Virus record (IMG/VR): IMGVR_UViG_3300021254_000026
Location: 32,001-96,000 of that record
From: a virus
Lineage: Duplodnaviria > Caudoviricetes
DNA length: 64,000 bases
Direction: 5' to 3' (one strand)
The notes under the pieces were generated by a model, which was given only the letters and a program-made list of their open reading frames with translations, ran no database searches and was not told the origin of the DNA. The translations under genes were made by a program, and so were the position numbers. Positions 11,233-20,560 of this stretch are shown here, one piece after another. Every line of letters starts with the position of its first letter. Positions within the stretch are counted from its first letter, which is position 1.

Positions 11233-12036
11233 ATGCAAGTATTAAATTTAATTAGACCAGAAAAAAGTGAAATCTCTTATGAAATATTCCACTTTCCTGA
11301 CGGTGAAGTCCATATTAAGTTAGGAGAAATTAACAGAAAAGATAAAATTGTTGTATTATGTAGGATTACTAATGCAGATGAACTGTTTGTATTAATGCAA
11401 GTTGGTGATATTCTTAATAGACATGATGTTAAGTGGTATTTGACTATATATTATCTAATGTCTATGAGAATGGATAGAGTAATTAACTTTAATGAAGCAT
11501 TTTCTTTAAAAGTTGTTACTAATATGATTAATTCCTTAAATCCTTCTGAAGTAACAGTAGTACATCCACACTCAAATAGGTCTCTTGGGTTACTTAAAGC
11601 AACTTCTGAAGGTAGCGTACATCCTAACTATAAGGAATTTCAAAATTACCAAATGTGTTACCCAGATAAAGGTGCCGTCCAAAGATATAGTACAGAGTAT
11701 AGGAATAAATATCCTGTACTTATTGGAGAGAAAGTAAGAAATCTTGAAACTGGTAAAATCGAAAAGATTGTTATCAAGAATCCAGAAAATCGAGACTCCA
11801 CTGTTCCTATAATGGTTGTTGACGATTTATGTGATGGCGGTGGAACTTTTGTTGGGATAGCTAATGCTATTAAAGAAATTGATAGTAAAGCCAAACTTTG
11901 TATTAGTGTAGTACATATGGTTAACAGAAAAGGTGTTGAAAATCTTTCTAAATATTATGATAAAGTAATATTTACTAATACATATAAAGATTGGGATAAC
12001 CTGCCTGATAATTGTGAAATGATCAAAGTTTGTTAA
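11233..12036 (+). CDS. prs: Ribose-phosphate pyrophosphokinase-like protein (Prs/Adps-like)
   Basis: FPDGE, RMDR, HPHS, PDKGA, VVDDLCDGGGTF. Confidence 0.9.
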   Translation: MQVLNLIRPEKSEISYEIFHFPDGEVHIKLGEINRKDKIVVLCRITNADELFVLMQVGDILNRHDVKWYLTIYYLMSMRMDRVINFNEAFSLKVVTNMINSLNPSEVTVVHPHSNRSLGLLKATSEGSVHPNYKEFQNYQMCYPDKGAVQRYSTEYRNKYPVLIGEKVRNLETGKIEKIVIKNPENRDSTVPIMVVDDLCDGGGTFVGIANAIKEIDSKAKLCISVVHMVNRKGVENLSKYYDKVIFTNTYKDWDNLPDNCEMIKVC

Positions 12037-12037
12037 T

Positions 12038-12895
12038 ATGTCTAAGTCAAAAGATATTAAGCCACAAGATATAATAGATCAAATGTGGAAATTCCATCGT
12101 GATTTTATGATGGATTCTATGTGGATGTCATATAGATATTGTATAGGTCGTCATACAATTGCATCTCATGCGCGTGCTAGAGAAATTGCTGAATATTGTT
12201 ATGGACATATGAGTAATGAGCGTTCAGTTTTTACAGCGTACGATATTAATAGAGAGATTGAAGATAAAATGAGGTTTGGTGCTGGAGGTCCTAATTGGCA
12301 TTTTCCAATTACTTCATTAAATAAAATCTATACAACAGCTATTGATATATTCTGTGAATTTTTGGAAGACTATAATATTAAGTCAAAAGAAGATTATCTT
12401 AAGTATTATAGTATAGATGTTATCCTTTCTGATAATGAACGTGGGTATAAAATTGAAACTACAACCTGGAAAGAAAAACTTCAATCATTAATTCCCATAT
12501 TTAAAGAAGTATATGATATGGATAATGTAGAAGACATTATTTCACTTATTAAGGTGTTACGTCAAAAGAGTACAGATGATGTAGATTCAAGAATCCGTTG
12601 GATTATTCGTGATTATCCAAATCCAGAATATTTCTATTTTCATGATATAGAAGATTTATTTATTTGGAATAATCTAGCTCATTTATTTGATTTGGAGCAT
12701 CATTATAAGGTAGAACTTATTGATGGGACAATCGAAGAAGTGTTTGATACGTGGACAGAAAAAACCGAACAACGTGACGATAGTTATTATTATAAAACGT
12801 TTGGGTATAGAAAGATCACAGTTCCTGTAAACAAATTTCCAGATTCTGTTGTAACTTACATTCCTAAAGAAAATATTAAAAGAATTATAGAATGA
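12038..12895 (+). CDS. Hypothetical protein
   Basis: 285 aa ORF. Confidence 0.7.
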   Translation: MSKSKDIKPQDIIDQMWKFHRDFMMDSMWMSYRYCIGRHTIASHARAREIAEYCYGHMSNERSVFTAYDINREIEDKMRFGAGGPNWHFPITSLNKIYTTAIDIFCEFLEDYNIKSKEDYLKYYSIDVILSDNERGYKIETTTWKEKLQSLIPIFKEVYDMDNVEDIISLIKVLRQKSTDDVDSRIRWIIRDYPNPEYFYFHDIEDLFIWNNLAHLFDLEHHYKVELIDGTIEEVFDTWTEKTEQRDDSYYYKTFGYRKITVPVNKFPDSVVTYIPKENIKRIIE

Positions 12896-13010
12896 TTCTA
12901 GAACTATCTGACGAAGAATGTTCAGCAATGATTCAAGCAATTGATTGTTGTTGTATTGAAGAAAAAAGAATATTAGGTAGAATTAAAAAATTATTAAAAA
13001 AACTATTAAA

Positions 13011-13436
13011 ATGAATAAAATTAAATTGTCTTTTGGAGATCGGAATAATTATACATGGGTTGAAAACGAGAATGCTACGGTATGTAGAATTAAGTGTGAA
13101 ATTAAAATTGATAATATTTGTGATAAATATCAAGACAAACTCCAAAAATTGTTCCCACATATTAGTTTTAATTATTTTAACAATATGATAAGATTTACAA
13201 GTACAGGAGTAGCAAAACTTAGTCCAGATGATAAGTATGATAAAATTCTCGGAAGACATATTGCAGAAGCAAGAGCTAAACAAAAAGCTTATAGTGTTGC
13301 AAACAGAGTAATTTGTACTTATTATGATATATTAAATGAGGATATGGATGTTCTTTATGATTTTACTGAAGAATCTGCGCATCAATACGCACACGAAGAA
13401 GAACATATTGAATATCTGATAGAAAAAGGAGAATAA
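13011..13436 (+). CDS. Hypothetical phage protein
   Basis: GVAKLSPDDKYD..LGRHIAEARA motif. Confidence 0.7.
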   Translation: MNKIKLSFGDRNNYTWVENENATVCRIKCEIKIDNICDKYQDKLQKLFPHISFNYFNNMIRFTSTGVAKLSPDDKYDKILGRHIAEARAKQKAYSVANRVICTYYDILNEDMDVLYDFTEESAHQYAHEEEHIEYLIEKGE

Positions 13437-13545
13437 TTGTTTTTTAAAGTTTCCAATTTACTTTGAAAATTGGTGACTCTTGCTAGTTGTCAACAAGATG
13501 TTTAACTAGCAGTGAAAGGCATCACTGGCAAAATGTACAAGTATT

Positions 13546-13572
13546 AGAGTAGTGTCTACCACTACTCTTTTT
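13546..13572 (+). terminator. Rho-independent terminator
   Basis: AGAGTAGTG-tctac-CACTACTCT followed by T-run. Confidence 0.7.
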
Positions 13573-13576
13573 ATAT

Positions 13577-13707
13577 GGAGAATACTACAGGAGGCAAAAT
13601 GTAAGAATAAAAAAGAATATAGAGACTCTGGGTTAATAAGGTTTATAAGTTACGATAAATGTTTTCTCCCTTATTCCTGCGTGGGTTCGAATCCCACTAT
13701 TCTCCCA
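13577..13707 (+). ncRNA. tRNA-like RNA (acceptor stem + T arm, no canonical D/anticodon arms)
   Basis: GGAGAATA pairs with TATTCTCC; T arm GTGGG-TTCGAAT-CCCAC; CAGGA/TCCTG inner stem. Confidence 0.65.
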
Positions 13708-13788
13708 AATATATTTTGAAAATTTTAGTAAAATGAATAAATTTATCTATGTTAAATATAGATACTTTTAAAATTTAAATTTACTAAA

Positions 13789-14772
13789 ATGGAAACAAAT
13801 TTTACATTTATTAATGGAAGTGACTAGAAATCTAGTTACTTTGATAATAAAACTAAATCTAATTTAGTTGTTACTATTAAAGATCCTAATAAATTAACAG
13901 ATGGATATACTAAAACTGTAATAAAAATTAATTCTGATAATAAACATGATTATTCAAAGGATTATTTAACCTTTGTTGCGTTAGAAGACGGAACGTTTGC
14001 TTTCACTGCTAGTATTCAATACTCTATTGACAACGGAAATACTTGGACACAACTTGCTCCTAATACGAATAGTCCAACAATAATGGCAGGAAATAAGATT
14101 CTTTGGAAACAAACTAACCCAACTATTTATGACACTGCTGGTATCGGAAGCTTCGTATCTACTAATCGTTTTAATGTTGAAGGAAATGTAATGTCTTTAT
14201 ACTATGGTGACGACTTTCAAGATAAAGTAGATTTAACTGGAAAGAATACTATTTTTTTAGGTTTATTTTTTAATAATCCTAATGTTATAAATGTTGAAAA
14301 TTTTATTCTTCCAGCAACTATATTATCTAATTTTTGTTACATTTATATGTTTTCAGGTTGTACAAATCTAACAATTGCTCCAGCATTACCTGCAACAACG
14401 TTAGCAGATAATTGTTATTCTTACATGTTCAACGATTGTACAAGTTTGACAACAGCACCTGAGTTACCAGCAACAACGTTGGTTAATGGTTGTTATCAAT
14501 ATATGTTCAGTGGTTGTACAAGTTTAACAACTGCTCCAGAATTACCTGCAGCTATATTAGCTGAAGGTTGTTATGAAGGCATGTTTAGTGATAATTGTAC
14601 AAGCCTCAATTATATCAAGTGTCTGGCAACGAATATAAGTGCTAGTAATTGTTTAACTAATTGGGTAGATGGTGTTTTATCAACTGGAACGTTCATCAAG
14701 GTTGCTAGTATGAATGGCTGGCCAAGTGGAAAAAATGGTATACCAAATGGTTGGACAGTAGAAGATGTATAA
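13789..14772 (+). CDS. BspA-like leucine-rich-repeat protein (1 in-frame TAG read as Gln)
   Basis: Open from ATG 13789 apart from TAG 13825; repeats MFSGCTSLTTAPELPATTL..CY. Confidence 0.8.
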
Positions 14773-14802
14773 AATTATTCAAACTAAATAAATTAATAAA
14801 TT

Positions 14803-15330
14803 ATGAGTCCTAAAAGTTATGAAAATACTGAATCTGTTGTTAACTTTAACAGTCAATAGGAAGATCCTAAATTAATAAATTATTCACAACAGAAAAATAA
14901 TTATATTAATCCTAAATATGTTGAACATTTAGCAAAATAGTTTTCAAACGCTAAATGTGATGATAGTTCAATAAGTTATTAGCAAATTGGATATATTAGT
15001 TCTGATACTGGACTTATTATATTTATATGCAATAATGAAAAAATAACACTCGAATAGTTACTTTTAAGTAGTGAAGAAATTCCAAATCCTTACTCTCAAA
15101 AAAATTTATTAAAAAAGGCTGATCCATGTATCAATGTTGAGGTAACTGATTTACCTTTAGACACTCCTGTTATATCATTAATTCCTTGTACTTCTAATAA
15201 TCATGCTTTTGATGGGATGTATTTATTTATTAATTTAAATAATAATAAAGTATATAATATAAGTAGTCAATGTGGATTTGTGAAATTAAATGATTTTCAT
15301 CCTTTATATTCAGATTTTAATATTTTTTGA
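14803..15330 (+). CDS. Hypothetical protein, TAG-recoded (4 TAG)
   Basis: 176-codon frame interrupted only by TAG. Confidence 0.7.
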
Positions 15331-15349
15331 TTTTATTGATCTTTAATTT

Positions 15350-16069
15350 ATGAAACATTTAATATAGAACTCACTTACTGATGGAGCGGGTGTTAAAAGT
15401 AATTATTTTAATTTAATTCTTTAGAAGAACGGACAAAAAATATTCTAGAAATTTGGAATTAGTAGTAGTTGTGAAAATAATAGTCAATGTAAACTTTTAG
15501 AAACTTATCCTATTTCTACGTTTGCTACGGAATATAGTGAAAATAATGAACCTGTTCCTTATGTTATAATATTAGACAAAAAGTTTTCGGAATTATCAGC
15601 AGATGGTTATATCGCAATTATATCTCCAGATGATTCCGAACCAACTAGTATTGGAATAATTGAATAGGTTATAGAAGGAATAACAGATTACTAGTATTAT
15701 GTAAGGATGGATAATGGATTATATATTACATTAGAACATGATCCTAATACAGGTAATATTAGGTTTATTATGGATAATGTTACGAATGTTGTTGGAAAAT
15801 ATCTTTTAGACCGATCAAACTTAAGTTTTACTTTTTATTATCCTTGTATTGAATATACAAATGAACAAGCTGGAAGTTACGAATATGGATATTTAAATTA
15901 CGATCCATTATATTTTAAAGAACAATCTGATACAGAACTCATTTTATAGACTTTAAATGGAGTAGATGTAATTATAGACAAAAATAATCCTGAAAATTGT
16001 AGAATTAATTTAAATGGATTAGAGCCTGAAAATGTAGTTCTGATAATAAAAATAGAACCTGGAAAATGA
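15350..16069 (+). CDS. Hypothetical protein, TAG-recoded (6 TAG)
   Basis: 240-codon frame containing ORF 15707-15949; ATGA overlap with next gene. Confidence 0.75.
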
Positions 16070-16743
16070 AATATTTAAGAAAAGTATATTATCCACATAA
16101 GTCTAATGGAGATCCAGATTTTAGTTAGCTTTCAAATATATTTGATGCTAATGATTATTATAATACGTCTAATGGAATTGGAATTGATAGTAACAATTCA
16201 GTAGAAGTTGTTGTAGGTATAAATATATTAAATAATCCTGATCTTTGGAGACAAGCGCAGTTATTTTATTCTAGTGTAATAGTTCCTTAGTATGACATTA
16301 GATATAACAAAAATTCTAATACTTCTGTTTATACTGGTTATGGTTCTCTTTATTCTGATTATATAACATTTGGAAATCCTGGATCTAATTATATACACAG
16401 CATCTATGGAGAAGATTCTTATAATAAAGTGAAATCTAATTGTATTTATGATATAAATAATTTAGAAAACAGCGACCATCTTGTAGGAATAGATATTGGC
16501 CCTGAAGTTGCATTTTGCAGTTAGCTGTTTCAAAGTAATGCTTCAGTTAAGTATATAACTTTTTATTCGAGTGTTCCAGTTCAATATGATGTTGAAGGAC
16601 AATAGTCAAATTATTCAATTAATTTTAGTAATTCATTAAAAGCTATTGTAGTTGATGATGTATATTATTCTAATTTCAAAAATAGTTTAGCATTTAGTTT
16701 AGTATCTAATAAGATTATGAAAATATCCCAGGTATCTTTGTAA
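16066..16743 (+). CDS. Hypothetical protein with LRR-cap-like C terminus, TAG-recoded (4 TAG)
   Basis: 226-codon frame; C terminus LKAIVVDDVYYSNFK...SNKIMKISQ resembles a BspA cap. Confidence 0.7.
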
Positions 16744-16799
16744 TATTATCAGAATTTGTGAAGTCTAAAGTAATAACGAGAAACGGAGATCATTTATTG

Positions 16800-17025
16800 T
16801 AATAAAAAGCAGGACGGCTGTGTTATGAGACTAATTAGGAGTTGAATCAGTGCTACAACTAACATTGCATAATCAGTCCAGTGGACATCGGACTTCACTA
16901 ATTCAACTTTCCGATATACTACTATCATAATCGCGGAATTAGATTTCTTCGGCTCTTTGATTTAATCTCCTTATCTGACAGAGAACCGAATTAATTCTAT
17001 AATGCAGTCAGGCCTGCTTTTATTA
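16800..17025 (+). ncRNA. Structured rod-like ncRNA of unknown family
   Basis: Ends pair (AAAAGCAGG/CCTGCTTTT; GGCTGTGTTATG/TATAATGCAGTC with G-U pairs favouring the + strand); no long ORF. Confidence 0.55.
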
Positions 17026-17073
17026 TATTTCATACACTCACAAATATATTTTGTACATCAGAACTAAAACCAT

Positions 17074-17104
17074 TTTGATATTTTGAGAATAACAAATAAC
17101 TTTG
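17074..17104 (+). promoter_or_regulatory. Bacteroidota sigmaA-type promoter (-33/-7)
   Basis: TTTG-N19-TAACTTTG ending 26 nt before ATG 17131. Confidence 0.7.
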
Positions 17105-17130
17105 TAATATCAAACTTTAAATAGAATAAT

Positions 17131-18621
17131 ATGGCAGAAACAACTTATTACAAGAAACCAATGTCCGTAGTCAGATATGATGAAAATGGATAGAAGTATT
17201 TAGAACTTTTGCCAACTACTGTAGAAGGGAATAGAGCATATACAGATTATGGTGAAGTTCAAGATATGCGTCCATTAGATAATACTGTTCAACAGAGAAG
17301 ATGGTACACAGCCACTAACGCAAAGAAAATGAATAGAGCACTTCCATATGTTGCTGGAACATTAGCAAGTCCTGTTATGTTAGTAGGAGGAATTGGTGCA
17401 ACTGCAAGCGAAGCTCTTGTACCTACTGTAGGTAAAGCATTGAACTTTGGAATGAGAGCTATGACTCCATCCTCATATACAGGATTATTTGGAACAGGAA
17501 CATATAATACCGCCTTAGGTGGAAGTGGAGCAAGTGCCCTCGGAGCAGCTGCTGATGCAGGATTAGCAAGTTACTATGCAGCTTCGGCAAAAAGAGCCTA
17601 TGATAATAATCCTAACTTAAGACATGGAATTGAGTTGGGATTAGCTGCATTGCCTGCGATTGCTACTTCAAAAGTTGTGTGGAAAGCAAGAATACCCCGA
17701 TTTAACCCTATTTACGAATCCGATATTCCAGAATTGTAGAAACTATTAGACGAAAATAAATTCGTAGAAAAAATAACTTCAGACGGACAAAAGATAAAGA
17801 TGTATTTTCCTTCAGGAAACAAACAGCCGATGAGAGAAGATGAATTAATAAATTTACTTGCTCGATATAATAAACGTACATTATCTCCTTCAGAAATAGA
17901 ATCTGCTAAAAAAGCTCCTGATATAATCAATCAATTTGAAAAAGAAGGTATAAAAGGATTTACAGATGATTTTTGGTTTTAGGGATTAGATAGAGAAATT
18001 ACTTAGTTAGACAAAGATATATTTCATAGTCATATACCTGAATATTACGATTTATATTAGGATCTTACTAAATCTGGTAATTTAATTAAGAAAGGGGATA
18101 CTTGGTATGGAAAATTTTCTAACGGTATGCAAGAAGTACATCCAGAGGAATATATTGTTGCTCACTCTAAAGCATTTATTAATTCTGGTTTAAAATATGA
18201 TGGATAGAATAGAATGAGTGCAATGAGTAAAGATAAATATGATGAATTTATTAAAAACGGAGGACTTGGAGCAACAACGTGGACTACAAACAATTCTAAA
18301 CAAGGTAGTGTGTTTCTAAAAGAAAGAGAACCTGGACGTCTTGTTCAAAATTTAGTTAGTACTGACGCTCCTTAGATAAAAATATCAACAGAGAATGCAA
18401 AAGTAGGCAGAGAAGTAGAACACGGAATTTAGTATTCTCCGAATGTAAATTACAGACAGACAACTGGAGATTATATGTTATTTGGTCACGATATGTAGAT
18501 GAAAGCACTTCGTGGGAATAATGGAGATTTTAATATGAGAAATAGACATTACTTACGAAATTTTGGAGTTCCTATAATTTTAGGAGGCAGCTTAGTTGGT
18601 AATATAAGAAGTAATAATTAA
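17131..18621 (+). CDS. 496-aa TAG-recoded protein (9 TAG); Gly/Ala-rich hydrophobic N half, polyvalent-protein-like C-terminal motif
   Basis: Single frame joining ORFs 17209 and 17800; (TAG)MKALRGNNGDF resembles QIKSxxxNNGxF. Confidence 0.8.
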
Positions 18622-18630
18622 ATTTGCAAA

Positions 18631-19023
18631 ATGTTATACCCTTTAGTAAAAGATGCTGATAGATATAGTAATGCTGTCCAAAATCTCGGCTCAGATTTTG
18701 TGAACCAGCCTTTTAGTGAAAAGGATTTAAAAGACTTTTCTATTCAAGTTTATTTTCCAGTACCGACTGGTACAGAGTATGCAGAGGAATTTATTACATT
18801 AGAACCGCCAGCAATAAAATATTGGGGAGAACTTTATGATAATTATTTGCCTGATGATTATTACGGTTATAATGGTAAATTATACGATTTGCTGAAATTT
18901 GACTTTAAAAAGGAAATGTTTAAAGAACATTCGTTGTTTTTGTTAAAAGCACATTTGAAGGCTTTCGCTCCTTATCATAGATTAGCAAAGAAACTATTAG
19001 TGAAATTAGAAAATTTAGAATGA
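18631..19023 (+). CDS. Hypothetical protein (possible immunity partner)
   Basis: 130 aa, no TAG, 9 nt after the recoded gene. Confidence 0.65.
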   Translation: MLYPLVKDADRYSNAVQNLGSDFVNQPFSEKDLKDFSIQVYFPVPTGTEYAEEFITLEPPAIKYWGELYDNYLPDDYYGYNGKLYDLLKFDFKKEMFKEHSLFLLKAHLKAFAPYHRLAKKLLVKLENLE

Positions 19024-19460
19024 TCAAACAAAAAACTCCTACTAAATTAATAGCACGAATAAGCCTGTTATCCCGCTTCATTAATGCACAAGATAATGGA
19101 GGTATCTATGAGAATACTTCCAACTATCAGACTGCATTAAAAGAAATAAAAGAAGGACGAAAAAAGACACATTGGATATGGTATGTCTTTCCACAGATGG
19201 CTGGAATAAAGGGAACCCATAGTCAAATGTCCAAATTCTATGGAATTAATGGTCGGGAAGAAGCCGAACTTTACATCAATCATCCCGTACTTCGTGAACG
19301 ACTCATAGAAGCTACGCGAGCTATTCTTGAGAGTGATAAGACAGTGTATGAAATCTTTGGCGACGACACCATGAAAGTCCGAGCATGTATGCTCCTCTTT
19401 TCGTCAGTTTCTGATATATCGGAGTTTAAGAAATTGAAGAACAAATATTGCTGGAAATAA
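19020..19460 (+). CDS. DUF1810 family protein
   Basis: LSRFINAQ, ALKEIKEGRKKTHWIWYVFPQ, HPVLRERL, IFGDD.MK. Confidence 0.85.
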   Translation: MIKQKTPTKLIARISLLSRFINAQDNGGIYENTSNYQTALKEIKEGRKKTHWIWYVFPQMAGIKGTHSQMSKFYGINGREEAELYINHPVLRERLIEATRAILESDKTVYEIFGDDTMKVRACMLLFSSVSDISEFKKLKNKYCWK

Positions 19461-19669
19461 AGAAAGTAGTCCCCGTACTTTCTATTAATAATGGAACTCA
19501 CATGGAGTTATGAACGGAAATAACGAATCAATTCAACCAGTGCAACGAACAGTCTTAAATTATTCTATTTCTATTTCATACTCACACCTCCTCTCCGGGG
19601 ACGTAATATAACGGAGAGTGAGGTGTATTTTGTACAACTATGACTACTGTTTCAGAATAATTTCACGAT

Positions 19670-19918
19670 ATGAAAAAATTTGCAATAGATCTTATAGAAT
19701 CTGGTGATATATATGACATCCAGAAATTAAATAGTTTTTTACATTCAGCAGATAAAAAAACTATAAGAGAGTTAAACTCTGAATTTCGTGATAAGTGGAT
19801 TGAACATGGAACTCTTACTTACTATGCTGAAGACTTTCCTAAATATCAAAAGTCTAAGAGGTTAGAGGAAGGATTGGAAGTATTTGTACTCTTTTTATTA
19901 TACAATGCTTTGCAATAA
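19670..19918 (+). CDS. Hypothetical protein
   Basis: 82 aa ORF. Confidence 0.5.
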   Translation: MKKFAIDLIESGDIYDIQKLNSFLHSADKKTIRELNSEFRDKWIEHGTLTYYAEDFPKYQKSKRLEEGLEVFVLFLLYNALQ

Positions 19919-20137
19919 ACCATTCTATGTCTAAAATCTACGAACACCTCGATAAATAAAAAAGGAGAGCGAATAAGTACCCTTATTACTCTCCAATGAA
20001 TTATCTGATAAAATCTGTTTATCTTTGCTCTATCTCTTATTTGTTGAGCAATAACTTTATCCGAAATAGCCGCACATGTACTCAAGAGAACCTGACATGT
20101 TGCCTCAAAGACTGGCTATATATGATAATTCATGCTG

Positions 20138-20169
20138 CAAAGGTACGGACTATTCTTGTTATTTGCAAG
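20138..20169 (-). promoter_or_regulatory. Bacteroidota sigmaA-type promoter on - strand
   Basis: TTG-N20-TACCTTTG(CAGC). Confidence 0.6.
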
Positions 20170-20254
20170 GATTTTCCGTATCTTGCACAAGGTTGTGAGA
20201 ACAGAATCTCAAATTTTATTTTGATTTTTCATGCAAAGATGATATATTAATTAA

Positions 20255-20476
20255 GTTGTGATGAAATATTTTTGAAAATTTGTAAGACGAGGTTTCGATT
20301 ACCTCCTAGTCCACTTTAGGATTTTTATTTTATGGGCTAGTTAAGGGATTGATTGCAAACAAGTAGAAATTATGGAGCAACAAGCCAAAATAAATGGCAA
20401 TAAATCAATTTTTCTTGATAGAGTCACTAGGTTGGCTGCTTGATAGCGTTAATAGTGAAGAACGAAATCTTCACTA
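20255..20476 (+). ncRNA. ssrA: Circularly permuted (two-piece) tmRNA; tag (A)GNKSIFLDRVTRLAA
   Basis: T arm GAGGT-TTCGATT-ACCTC + CTAGTCC-A (20306-20313) precedes 5' GGGCTAG (20334-20340) with G3:U70; resume context ATAAAT|GGC at 20396; tag ends LAA. Confidence 0.88.
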
Positions 20477-20479
20477 ATT

Positions 20480-20552
20480 GCTTCGTTAACTCAATTGGTA
20501 GAGTAGCTGAATTGTAATCAGCCTGTTGTGGGTTCGATTCCTACACGAAGCT
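20480..20552 (+). tRNA. tRNA-Thr(UGU)
   Basis: Cloverleaf GCTTCGT...GCTGA-ATTGTAA-TCAGC...GTGGG-TTCGATT-CCTAC-ACGAAGC. Confidence 0.9.
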
Positions 20553-20560
20553 CTAAAAAT

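Noticed and set aside
13577-13707. Suppressor tRNA (CUA/UCA) or tRNA-Sec
   Set aside because: No anticodon stem-loop with CTA or TCA can be folded; kept only as a tRNA-like RNA
14340-14600. Tandem ~75-nt repeats as a CRISPR array
   Set aside because: They are in-frame coding LRR units without unique spacers
16800-17025. RNase P RNA or group I intron
   Set aside because: Lacks the GAGGAAAGTCC/CGGCTTA P4 elements and an ordered P-Q-R-S core
13789-18621. Pseudogene cluster
   Set aside because: Interruptions are exclusively TAG, with no frameshifts and tidy gene junctions, which fits recoding
19583-19625. HDV-like (theta) ribozyme suggested by a TCCTC loop
   Set aside because: Nested double pseudoknot could not be built; a simple hairpin explains it and it does not abut a tRNA
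19846-20250. ORFs 19846-20085 (-) and 19996-20250 (+)
   Set aside because: They overlap promoter motifs and each other and look like translations of regulatory DNA
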